A DNA stretch of 32,000 nucleotides, taken from an uncultured Balneolaceae bacterium (GTDB lineage: Bacteria; Bacteroidota; Rhodothermia; Balneolales; Balneolaceae). Shown piece by piece: positions 8,909-17,292 of the stretch. Under the pieces are notes generated by a model. The model did not search any database, was not told where the DNA came from, and saw only the letters and a program-made list of their open reading frames with translations. The DNA lies in the NCBI GenBank assembly GCA_964517005.1, contig CAZFAJ010000016.1:1-32000 (forward strand), read 5' to 3'. The position numbers were made by a program, and so were the translations under genes. Each line of letters starts with the position of its first letter. Positions within the stretch are counted from its first letter, which is position 1.

Positions 8909-10572
8909 TGATTCAGTTATTTACGCAACCCAAATCAATACAAGTACTGTCAGCCTCTGAAAATTCTCAGGGAGTAAAAATAAATTCCCATGATCATCAG
9001 AGTGAAGGCGGCTTTGGCAAGCAGCTATCTGATGTTTTGCAGAAATTTATGGGATACGGTGAGCAGCAAAAGAACCATGAGTTTTCAGAAGAAAAAAGCG
9101 GAACTCTTGTAACTTCTGAGGATTCTTCTGTCGTTCATACTGCACTCCATTCAAAAGAGTCGGAACAAGTTCAAATCAGGCTTATATCTGAGAAAAAGTT
9201 CATTTTGGAAGAGCATCATGCAAAAAACGGGACTTCTAATAAATTCAGCTCAGCCGGCATAACAAAGTCAATCACAGATGCTTCTTCTGAAAGTGTAAAC
9301 CCAAAAAAAGTTTTAAAGAATTTTGATCATAAAAGTACTGCCCCCGGCATAGTGGCTCAAAATGTTCAGAACGATTCAGTAAATTTGGTTGCGGAAAAAT
9401 CCATGAAGGGACAGGTGAGTGAAGTAAAATCGAACGGGGCCAAACAAGACGTGCAAATGGAAAAAACCGGGATCACTCTGAAGGAGGTTTTTGCCGGGAA
9501 TGTTCAAAACTCAGTGAGCAATGCTGAAGCTGAAAATTCCCCTAAAATCAGTGAAGGTACTATTAAAAATGCAGTGGTGACGGATGAAGGAAACAAAAAT
9601 AAAAATATTTTTAAACCCGGCCGTTCATTTCCGGGATTGAACTTTCAAAACAACCAAAGTTCTGAAAAAACGGGAGTCATAAATTCACAGGTAGCTGATC
9701 ATTCAGGAATAGAAAACAGGCAGGGAAATAATCCCGCTGCAAATAAACCTGTCAGAGAATTTATTAACAGCCAGGCCGCCGGAATCTCTGTATCAAAGGA
9801 GCCGGTACCTGCTGCTGAAAAAAATACAAAAACGTCAGATCGCTTAAATCATTTTAAAATCGATGGCGACGGGGAGAGGGATTTACTGAAATCCACAGAA
9901 CGGATGGATTTTCAGCGCACGGAAAAAGCTGCTTATAACAAAACCCCTTCCGGGCAAAAAATTAATACTTTCAGCAGTTTTGATCAGGTTGTGCCACAAA
10001 CAGACAGCAAGGAACCTGCATCTAAAGCAGCTGGAGAATTATTCGGCACGGATTTAAATGAAAAGAAGCTCAGCAATACCCGTGAACCGGTAGCTATAAG
10101 GCCGGAACAATCTGTTTTGTTTCAACAAGCTGAGCGAAGGAATTTATCAGTAAGGCTTGCAAAAATTGTGAAACAGGAACTTCAATCCGGAAAAATGCAG
10201 GGTCAGGGCTGGAAAAAACATCAATTCACCCTGGATGACGGAACAAAGGTGCAGCTGTCTCTCCGGAAAACGGAGGGTGTGATACAGCTTCAATTGGGGT
10301 CGGTAAACAGTGAGCTGAATAAACTGATTCAGCAGCATGCACAAGAAATCCGGCAACACCTTGAAGAGCAGATGAATGCGGAAGTAAACCTTCAATTTCA
10401 GGAGGCAACACCCGAAAATGGAAATGGTCTTTTTTCTGATAATAATTCCGGCAGCGAACCCTCTGACGGAAAAAATCAGGAAAAGATGACCGGTAACGCC
10501 GACAAGCAACTGCCTCATGAAGGCAGAAGAACTCGGTTATTTGGATTTAACAGTAATGAATGGACAGCCTAA
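8905..10572 (+). CDS. fliK: Flagellar hook-length control protein FliK
   Basis: 555 aa with a long, polar, low-complexity N-terminal/central region. The C-terminal Flg_hook-like domain is 'FTLDDGTKVQLSLRKTEGVIQLQLGSVNSELNKLIQQHAQEIRQHLEE'. The gene lies before flgD. The start is GTG at 8905 or ATG at 8908. Confidence 0.8.
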   Translation: MMIQLFTQPKSIQVLSASENSQGVKINSHDHQSEGGFGKQLSDVLQKFMGYGEQQKNHEFSEEKSGTLVTSEDSSVVHTALHSKESEQVQIRLISEKKFILEEHHAKNGTSNKFSSAGITKSITDASSESVNPKKVLKNFDHKSTAPGIVAQNVQNDSVNLVAEKSMKGQVSEVKSNGAKQDVQMEKTGITLKEVFAGNVQNSVSNAEAENSPKISEGTIKNAVVTDEGNKNKNIFKPGRSFPGLNFQNNQSSEKTGVINSQVADHSGIENRQGNNPAANKPVREFINSQAAGISVSKEPVPAAEKNTKTSDRLNHFKIDGDGERDLLKSTERMDFQRTEKAAYNKTPSGQKINTFSSFDQVVPQTDSKEPASKAAGELFGTDLNEKKLSNTREPVAIRPEQSVLFQQAERRNLSVRLAKIVKQELQSGKMQGQGWKKHQFTLDDGTKVQLSLRKTEGVIQLQLGSVNSELNKLIQQHAQEIRQHLEEQMNAEVNLQFQEATPENGNGLFSDNNSGSEPSDGKNQEKMTGNADKQLPHEGRRTRLFGFNSNEWTA

Positions 10573-10587
10573 ACAGCGAGGAAAAAA

Positions 10588-11256
10588 ATGGAAATTAATG
10601 GAATAAGTCAGGCATTGGCAGGAAACGCACAAAGCGCCGCCGGTGCAAATGGTCAGCTTGGCAAAAATGAGTTTTTACAACTTCTGGTTGCACAGCTTCA
10701 AAACCAAGATCCGATCAATCCAATGGAAGGTACGGAGTTTGCAACGCAGCTGGCCCAGTTTAATTCGGTTGAGCAGCTGATCAATATGAATACCGGCATT
10801 GAAAATCTTACCCAAATGCAGGAAATCATGAGCAACGGGTTGAACAATTCACTGGCATCTTCTCTTGCCGGCAAATCTGTGAAGGTTCTTGGCAACCAGA
10901 TATCGACTGCTGAAAACGGCAGTACAGATATCAGTTTCAGAATTAATCAACTGGCTTCTGATGTGGAACTTACTGTTCGTGATTCCAATGGCACTGTGCT
11001 GCATACAGATACTTTAAAAAACCTTGGTGAAGGTGATCACGAATGGAGCTGGAGTGGTAAAACGAATGACGGGCGTAAAGTACCCGAGGGAGTTTATACA
11101 GTTGAGATCAACGCAAAGAATGGTGATCAAAATATTGCAGCTCTTCCATTTATGGAAGGAGAGGTTGAGAAGGTAAGATTTACCGGAGAGGGTGTAAAAC
11201 TTCTTGTAAATGGAGTTTTGGTCTCGCTCGGTGATGTAGAAGAGATTGGAGTATAA
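10588..11256 (+). CDS. flgD: Flagellar hook capping/assembly protein FlgD
   Basis: 'LGKNEFLQLLVAQLQNQDPINPMEGTEFATQLAQFNSVEQL' is the FlgD signature. The C-terminal half is Ig/Tudor-like. There is an AGGA Shine-Dalgarno upstream. Confidence 0.96.
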   Translation: MEINGISQALAGNAQSAAGANGQLGKNEFLQLLVAQLQNQDPINPMEGTEFATQLAQFNSVEQLINMNTGIENLTQMQEIMSNGLNNSLASSLAGKSVKVLGNQISTAENGSTDISFRINQLASDVELTVRDSNGTVLHTDTLKNLGEGDHEWSWSGKTNDGRKVPEGVYTVEINAKNGDQNIAALPFMEGEVEKVRFTGEGVKLLVNGVLVSLGDVEEIGV

Positions 11257-11377
11257 TATTTCACCTGATCTTAAATCAAAATAAATTTTTAAAAAATTTC
11301 AAACAAACAAAAACAAAAACGGGAAATACTCCCGGCAGCCAACTAACAAAGGCTAAATTAAAAAAAGAGGATCAATT

Positions 11378-12994
11378 ATGTCTTTAATGAAATCACTAAA
11401 CTCAGGTGTTAGCGGCCTTCGGGCTTTCCAAACAAAGATGGATGTAATCGGTAACAATATTGCCAATGTCGACACGACCGGCTTTAAAAGTTCCAGGGCA
11501 ACATTTTCTGAAATGCTGAGCCAGCGAATCGGCTCGGGCGGAGGATCACAATCATCACCCCAATCAGGTGCACAGGTAGGTTTGGGAGTACGGCTGGCAG
11601 CAATCGACCGTGATTTTAACCAGGGCGGATTACAAACTACAGGCCGGCAAACGGATCTTGCCATAGAAGGACAAGGTTTCTTTATGGTTAATGAAGGAAC
11701 GCAGCCATTTCTTACACGGGCAGGTAATTTTGCCTTTAACAGAGATGGATTTCTCGTAGATCAGGCGGGAAGGAACGTCCAGGGCTTTAATGCAAATAGC
11801 GAGGGCAATATCATTGCTGGCGGTGCCACAGATGATATACGTATAGATTTTGAAAACATACTCGATCCGCAGGCAACCGAAAATATCTTTGTCGCCGGAA
11901 ATCTGAATGCTGATACAAGTACAAATCAGGTTATTCAGTCGCGTTCTGCATTTACAACCGCCGGCGGTGCACTTGCTACATCAACAAGCCTGATTAATGA
12001 TCTTACTCAAACAACAACTGCACTTGCAGCAGGTGATCAGATTGAATTTGAGTTTACTCTTAATGACGGAACCGCTCTTACAGCAACACATACATTTGCG
12101 GCCGGAGATACAGTGGAGGATATGATAACCTCACTCAATGCAGCATTGGCTGGTGAAGGAAATGTGAGTCTTGTTGATGGAATACTTGTCCTGAGATCAG
12201 ATACACTTGGTGATAGCAGCCTGAATATAAACAGCGCTGCTGTGACAGGAGCCGGTGATATCAATATGCCGGGTTTCCAGGTTACACAGGCCGGATCTAC
12301 AGGCAGCCAGACAATCAGCACAACGGTATTTGACGGTTTGGGCCGTGCTCATACACTTCTGATAAACGCAACCCAGACAGATGTAAATACCTGGGAATAT
12401 GAAGCAAGTTTCCTGGATGGTGAGGAGATTACAGCCGGTGGAACAGGTACAATCGAATTTGATGAGTCGGGAAGTCTTACATCCGACAACACATTTGAAA
12501 TCGGTTTTGATCCGGGAAATGGCGCCGGCCCCATGAGCTTTAATGTGAACCTGGGCAATCCGGACGATGGATCAAGGATCTCACAATTCTCTGGTTCATC
12601 ATCTGCAAAAATCACATCCCAGGATGGATTTACAGAAGGACGGCTGGTTGATTTCAGCTTTGACGGAGACGGATTCATCAACGGGATATTTAGTAACGGC
12701 AGAAATGTTCAGCTTGGACAACTTGCGATAGCTGATGTAGCCAATAATAATGGCCTCGAAACAGTTGGAAGCGGACTCTTCAGAAATACGGTTGCTTCCG
12801 GAGATATATCAATAAATACAGCAGCCAATATGGAAGCTACAAATTTAGCGGCCGGTGTTCTGGAAGGCTCGAATGTTGATCTTGCCAGAGAATTTACTGA
12901 GATGATCACTTCACAGAGAGCATTTCAGTCAAATGCGCGGGTGATAACAACCGCAGATGAACTGCTGGCCGAAACGGTTGCACTGAAGCGATAA
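11378..12994 (+). CDS. flgE: Flagellar hook protein FlgE
   Basis: N-terminus 'MSLMKSLNSGVSGLRAFQTKMDVIGNNIANVDTTGFK'. C-terminus 'EMITSQRAFQSNARVITTADELLAETVALKR'. A strong SD (AAGAGGA) lies 7 nt upstream. Confidence 0.96.
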   Translation: MSLMKSLNSGVSGLRAFQTKMDVIGNNIANVDTTGFKSSRATFSEMLSQRIGSGGGSQSSPQSGAQVGLGVRLAAIDRDFNQGGLQTTGRQTDLAIEGQGFFMVNEGTQPFLTRAGNFAFNRDGFLVDQAGRNVQGFNANSEGNIIAGGATDDIRIDFENILDPQATENIFVAGNLNADTSTNQVIQSRSAFTTAGGALATSTSLINDLTQTTTALAAGDQIEFEFTLNDGTALTATHTFAAGDTVEDMITSLNAALAGEGNVSLVDGILVLRSDTLGDSSLNINSAAVTGAGDINMPGFQVTQAGSTGSQTISTTVFDGLGRAHTLLINATQTDVNTWEYEASFLDGEEITAGGTGTIEFDESGSLTSDNTFEIGFDPGNGAGPMSFNVNLGNPDDGSRISQFSGSSSAKITSQDGFTEGRLVDFSFDGDGFINGIFSNGRNVQLGQLAIADVANNNGLETVGSGLFRNTVASGDISINTAANMEATNLAAGVLEGSNVDLAREFTEMITSQRAFQSNARVITTADELLAETVALKR

Positions 12995-13028
12995 AATTAA
13001 ATCGGGTATCCTCCGGTTTATTTAAAAT

Positions 13029-13069
13029 AGCCCCTTTTCCATTAACCCGGAAAGAGGGGCTTTTTTTTT
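13029..13069 (+). terminator. Rho-independent terminator after flgE
   Basis: AGCCCCTTTTCC-attaaccc-GGAAAGAGGGGCT forms a GC-rich stem with one bulge. It is followed by a T9 run and begins 35 nt after the flgE stop. Confidence 0.85.
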
Positions 13070-13169
13070 GATATCAGGATAATACCCGATACTCCGGATA
13101 GATCTTACCGGGTGGTAATATCTCAAGAGCAATCATCAATTGCTTCAGAATTAAAACTAAAAACCTGTT

Positions 13170-13196
13170 TAAGTTCACAAACAATTCGTCCGATAA
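13170..13196 (+). promoter_or_regulatory. Candidate sigma28 (FliA)-dependent promoter for motA-motB (and possibly fliL onward)
   Basis: TAAGTTCA-N11-TCCGATAA compares with the enterobacterial consensus TAAAGTTT-N11-GCCGATAA. The -10 element ends 45 nt upstream of the motA GTG. It lies just after the flgE terminator, and fliA is encoded in the same locus. Confidence 0.6.
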
Positions 13197-13241
13197 TAAA
13201 AAGAGAAACGAAACCCATTTTTAAACAAAAATCTATAATCA

Positions 13242-14120
13242 GTGGATAAGTCAACAGTTTTTGGTTTGGCGGGCGCCTTTGCTCTTGTTTTAAGCGCAAT
13301 CATTTTCCAGGGTGAACTTGGATTGTTCTTAAGCCTTTCCTCAATTCTAATTGTTGGCGGAGGTGTAGTGATGGTTACGATTGTGAATTATAGCTTTGAT
13401 GATTTAAAAAATACATTTGTAAGCCTTCTTGATAATCTCAGGAATAGCGACATGGATCTGCGGACCGATATTGAACTGATCAATATGTTTTCACGGAAAG
13501 CAAGGCGAGAGGGTCTGCTCGCAATGGAGCAGGATATCCAGCTGATCGATGACCCGTTCTTGAAAAACGGAATGATGTATCTGCTTGACGGAATCAAAAA
13601 AGATACGCTTGTTAGTATAATGAATGATCAGATGGAGAGCGCCGAAAGATCAATGGAAAAAAGTGTAAATGTTTTGGCCTCTATGGGTGAGTATGCACCT
13701 GCTTTTGGTATGATCGGGACTGTGATCGGACTGGTGTTAATGCTTCAAAATATCCAGGATCCGGAATCTCTGGGTGTTGGGCTGGCAATTGCCCTGATTA
13801 CTACTCTATATGGTACCATTCTCGCAAATATGATTTTTGTCCCCCTATCCGGAAAACTTGAACATCTTGGCGAAAAACAGCTGACCAGGAAAAGACTATT
13901 TAAAACAGCAATTATTTCAATCAAGGATGAAGAAAACCCCCGGATTATGGAAAATAAATTACTGAATTTTTTATCTCCCGGAGAAAGGGCCGCGTATCTG
14001 GCTTACTACGACAAAGAAAATTTCGATAAAAAGCGTGAAGACAAGCTCTACAATAACTGGAAAGATTATCAAACAATATCATGGGAAAATCTGGTGGAAA
14101 ATCTGGCGGCAATTGGTTAA
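13242..14120 (+). CDS. motA: Flagellar stator protein MotA/PomA family
   Basis: GTG start giving 'MDKSTVFGLAGAFALVLSAII', the canonical MotA N-terminus. 'YAPAFGMIGTVIGLVLML' and 'ALITTLYGTILANMIFVPL' match the TM3/TM4 motifs. Confidence 0.95.
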   Translation: MDKSTVFGLAGAFALVLSAIIFQGELGLFLSLSSILIVGGGVVMVTIVNYSFDDLKNTFVSLLDNLRNSDMDLRTDIELINMFSRKARREGLLAMEQDIQLIDDPFLKNGMMYLLDGIKKDTLVSIMNDQMESAERSMEKSVNVLASMGEYAPAFGMIGTVIGLVLMLQNIQDPESLGVGLAIALITTLYGTILANMIFVPLSGKLEHLGEKQLTRKRLFKTAIISIKDEENPRIMENKLLNFLSPGERAAYLAYYDKENFDKKREDKLYNNWKDYQTISWENLVENLAAIG

Positions 14121-14800
14121 TGACCTATGCCGATTTTATTACTCTTATGATGATATTCTTCATTGTTCTGTACACTTTTACCCCGGGTGTGGAGAAAAAT
14201 AAGTTTACCGCAATCATTGGCGCTTTTCAGGGCAAAAGAGGGGTGCTTCAGTATGAATCTGTTTTTAGTGATGAATCTCTTCAAATAGATATTCAGAGGG
14301 CAAAAAACTGGGATGAGATGTATCAGAAAATTCAGAATGAAGACCTGCAAGATCAGGTTGAAATTGATATTATACCGGATGGAGTCCGCATAATAATGGG
14401 AGAAGCTGCACTTTTTGAAACCTATTCTGCAAAATTACTTCCCGAATCACACGATTTACTGTTAGATATCGCAAACGGAATTGAAAGATATACTCTTGAA
14501 GAAATCGATGTTATTGATATTCAGGGGCATACGGATAACCGCGCGATACGCGTATCAGCAGATCGCAAGTATGAGTCTAACTGGGAACTTGGTTCCGGAA
14601 GATCCCTGTCGGTGATGCATTTTTTAGAAGAAAACGTTAGCCTCAAACCGGAAAAATTCAGTATCCGGAGTTTCGGTGAATACAGGCCCCGCGTGCCTAA
14701 CACAAGTCCGGAGAATATGCAGCGGAACAGAAGAGTTGAGGTTTTTATCAGGTATGCACCAGTAGGTGTAGGAAAAAATAAAAATACAGCAACAGATTAA
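14081..14800 (+). CDS. motB: Flagellar stator protein MotB (OmpA-like peptidoglycan-binding C-terminus)
   Basis: 'NWLMTYADFITLMMIFFIVLY' contains the conserved channel Asp. The OmpA-like motifs are 'IQGHTDNRAI', 'SNWELGSGRSLSV' and 'RNRRVEVFI'. A start at 14081 retains the conserved Trp. The alternative is ATG 14120 (TAATG with the motA stop). Confidence 0.93.
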   Translation: MGKSGGKSGGNWLMTYADFITLMMIFFIVLYTFTPGVEKNKFTAIIGAFQGKRGVLQYESVFSDESLQIDIQRAKNWDEMYQKIQNEDLQDQVEIDIIPDGVRIIMGEAALFETYSAKLLPESHDLLLDIANGIERYTLEEIDVIDIQGHTDNRAIRVSADRKYESNWELGSGRSLSVMHFLEENVSLKPEKFSIRSFGEYRPRVPNTSPENMQRNRRVEVFIRYAPVGVGKNKNTATD

Positions 14801-14819
14801 ATAAACATAGGATTTTGTT

Positions 14820-15332
14820 ATGGCAGAAGAAGAAGAAAAATTAAATGACGCTGATCTGCCGGAGGAAAAAGATTCAGAAAAATCCTCCGGAAAAAGGAAT
14901 AAATTTTTAAAAGCTGGAAAAATTTTCCTGCTGATAGGCGTAATTGTTGGCCAGGGAATTGCTGCTTATGCAATTATTAAAAATAATTATCCTGATATAA
15001 AGGAGACAATTGATGGCTTCAGTCAGAAGGGAGGGGTCTATTATAAGGTAGATAATATTATTATTAATCCTGCTCATTCGGATGGAGAGCGATATTTAAT
15101 ACTCTCACTGGCCTTTGAAATGAACAATAGCAATGATGTTGCAATGGCAGATAAAATGAGTGTGGAAATTATCGACAGGGTGAATTCACATCTTATTCAA
15201 AAATCAGCAAGTGAGTTAAGTTCAGTAGAGCAGCGGGAAGTGATTAAAAAGGAGCTCTCAGTTGAGATAAATGATCTTCTCGGGAAAAAAGCGGTACGGA
15301 ATTTGTTCATTACTAAATATGTGATACAGTAA
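14820..15332 (+). CDS. fliL: Flagellar basal body-associated protein FliL
   Basis: Single TM 'IFLLIGVIVGQGIAAYAII'. 'YYKVDNIIINPAHSDGERYLILSLAFEM' is the FliL core motif. The gene sits before fliM. Confidence 0.9.
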   Translation: MAEEEEKLNDADLPEEKDSEKSSGKRNKFLKAGKIFLLIGVIVGQGIAAYAIIKNNYPDIKETIDGFSQKGGVYYKVDNIIINPAHSDGERYLILSLAFEMNNSNDVAMADKMSVEIIDRVNSHLIQKSASELSSVEQREVIKKELSVEINDLLGKKAVRNLFITKYVIQ

Positions 15333-15347
15333 TGAATAATAAAATGA

Positions 15348-16295
15348 ATGCCGCAAGTAACATATAAATCCGATTTAGGTTCTGATGCCAATAGTGGTGT
15401 TGTTAAGCCATATGATTTTAAGCAGCCCAAACTGGTTAGTAAGGAAATCATTCGTTCCATGCGCAACATTCACGAGATGTATGCAAGGAATGTAAAACGT
15501 GTGTTTGCCAATGTGCTTAACCACAATATAGAAGTAAGGCTTACTGATGTAGAGCAGGTTATCTTTTCTAAATATCTGAATGATATTGATCCCCCATCGG
15601 CCATTTTTCTTTTCAATATCGAAGAGCTTGGTGACTGGGCGGTGCTGCAGATGGAATCCGGTTTTTGCATCTATTGCGTTGAACGGCAAAGCGGGGGTGA
15701 TAAATTTACCCTGGATGAAAAAAGGATGCTCAGCCGTACCGAGGAGAGAATCATGGGACGAGTCGTTGACAAGTGCTTTAAGGATCTGAGTCATGTGTGG
15801 TCATCATTTTTTCCCTTTACAGTTATTAATCACATTTATGAAAGCAAACCGGGAAACATCAGAACAATATCAGCGCATGACCCCGGTATCGTAATCAGGT
15901 TTTTGGTCAAGTTTGATAAATACCAAATACCGCTTTCACTTTGCTATCCTTATGCCCTTCTGAAAGAACAACTTCTTGGAAATTCTTTTAGTGTGGATAA
16001 AAACAATTTTACCGGCGCCCTCTCTTCCATCGAAAAGAAAAATTTTGAGCAGGATCTGAAACAGGCCGATATCACACTCAGCACAATTCTTGGTGAATCG
16101 AGTGTATCACTGAACAGGCTTATCGATTTAAAAGAGGGAGATCTGATTATACTGGACCAGCAAATCGATGAGCCTCTAAAAATTAAAGTCAACAATCAGA
16201 TTAAAATGAACGGTTACCCGGGGTCAATGAAAGGGAAAAAGGCAGTAAAAATTTTCAATATTCAAAAAAACAGTAACGATCGTCTTGATCTTTAA
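15348..16295 (+). CDS. fliM: Flagellar motor switch protein FliM (lacks the N-terminal CheY-P binding peptide)
   Basis: 'VKPYDFKQPKLVSKE', 'FLFNIEELGDWAVLQME', 'LSRTEERIMGRV' and the C-terminal SpoA-like 'LKEGDLIILDQQIDEPLKIKVNN'. An in-frame TGA at 15345-15347 excludes an upstream extension. Confidence 0.93.
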   Translation: MPQVTYKSDLGSDANSGVVKPYDFKQPKLVSKEIIRSMRNIHEMYARNVKRVFANVLNHNIEVRLTDVEQVIFSKYLNDIDPPSAIFLFNIEELGDWAVLQMESGFCIYCVERQSGGDKFTLDEKRMLSRTEERIMGRVVDKCFKDLSHVWSSFFPFTVINHIYESKPGNIRTISAHDPGIVIRFLVKFDKYQIPLSLCYPYALLKEQLLGNSFSVDKNNFTGALSSIEKKNFEQDLKQADITLSTILGESSVSLNRLIDLKEGDLIILDQQIDEPLKIKVNNQIKMNGYPGSMKGKKAVKIFNIQKNSNDRLDL

Positions 16296-16313
16296 AAAAG
16301 GTAATGTGTAATC

Positions 16314-17291
16314 ATGGAAAATTGGAGAAAAGCAATACAAAATTTTAAGCCGGCATTGGAATTACTGCTGGGAGAAATGTCCGGGGTTAAGGCAGGCCTG
16401 GAGCTTCAAAAACAGGAAATGGCAGATGTAAAAGAGACAACCAAATTTTTTGACGGTTTTAAAATTTATAAAACCATTGAGGAAAAGTTTCAGGTTGAAG
16501 CGCTGATTGGTTTTAAAGGCGATTGGACCGGGTTATTCCCTGATTTTATAAAGCAGTTGCCGGAACAGGAAGAACCTGAAACAGAGAAGCTGGTTTACCG
16601 TGAAATCACGGAGTCACTCTCCGCGCTGATATCAGAATCTCTTGAAAATACCGGAGTTGAACTTCGGATTGATCCCTTTTCAGAAATCTCGAGTGAAAAA
16701 GTGAAAACCGTTCTGAACCTGCAGAAATACGTGGTTTCTGTATTTCAGATGAAGCCGGAGGATCAGGCTGACTCCGTTGATGCAGAACTTGTTTTTGCTA
16801 TTTCAATCCCGAATGAACAAATAGCTGGTGAAATTCTGGACAAATGGGATGGATCTAATCAAATAATTGCTCCTGAGTTTTCTGAAATTTCACTAAATGT
16901 AGCCAAAAATATGAACTCTGCTTCCAGTGAGCCGGGGGACGAGGGCACTGCAAGATTTAGAAATGATGAGGGAATGAATGTAGAATTTGAGCCTTTTGAT
17001 AAATCACAGAATGTAAAAAACAGCAGGGAGATTCGAAATATTAACATGCTGAAAGATGTTGAAATGCAGGTCTCTGTAGAGTTGGGGAGAAAACGAATGC
17101 CTCTTGGAAAGATTTTGCAGTTAATGAAAGGATCTGTTATTGAACTCGAAAAGCTCGCCGGTGAACCGGTTGATATTCTTGTAAACGGACGCTGTATTGC
17201 AGTGGGTGATGTTGTTGTTATTGATGAGCACTTTGGTGTACGGATTACCAGGCTGATGGCTGCGCATGAATCAATGAAAAAAGTCTCCTGA
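16314..17291 (+). CDS. fliN: Flagellar motor switch protein FliN with long N-terminal extension (FliY-like architecture)
   Basis: The C-terminal SpoA/FliN domain is 'VSVELGRKRMPLGKILQLMKGSVIELEKLAGEPVDILVNGRCIAVGDVVVIDEHFGVRITRL'. About 240 aa precede it. I could not discern a CheC-type D/S-x3-E-x2-N-x22-P motif in that region. Confidence 0.88.
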   Translation: MENWRKAIQNFKPALELLLGEMSGVKAGLELQKQEMADVKETTKFFDGFKIYKTIEEKFQVEALIGFKGDWTGLFPDFIKQLPEQEEPETEKLVYREITESLSALISESLENTGVELRIDPFSEISSEKVKTVLNLQKYVVSVFQMKPEDQADSVDAELVFAISIPNEQIAGEILDKWDGSNQIIAPEFSEISLNVAKNMNSASSEPGDEGTARFRNDEGMNVEFEPFDKSQNVKNSREIRNINMLKDVEMQVSVELGRKRMPLGKILQLMKGSVIELEKLAGEPVDILVNGRCIAVGDVVVIDEHFGVRITRLMAAHESMKKVS

Positions 17292-17292
17292 T

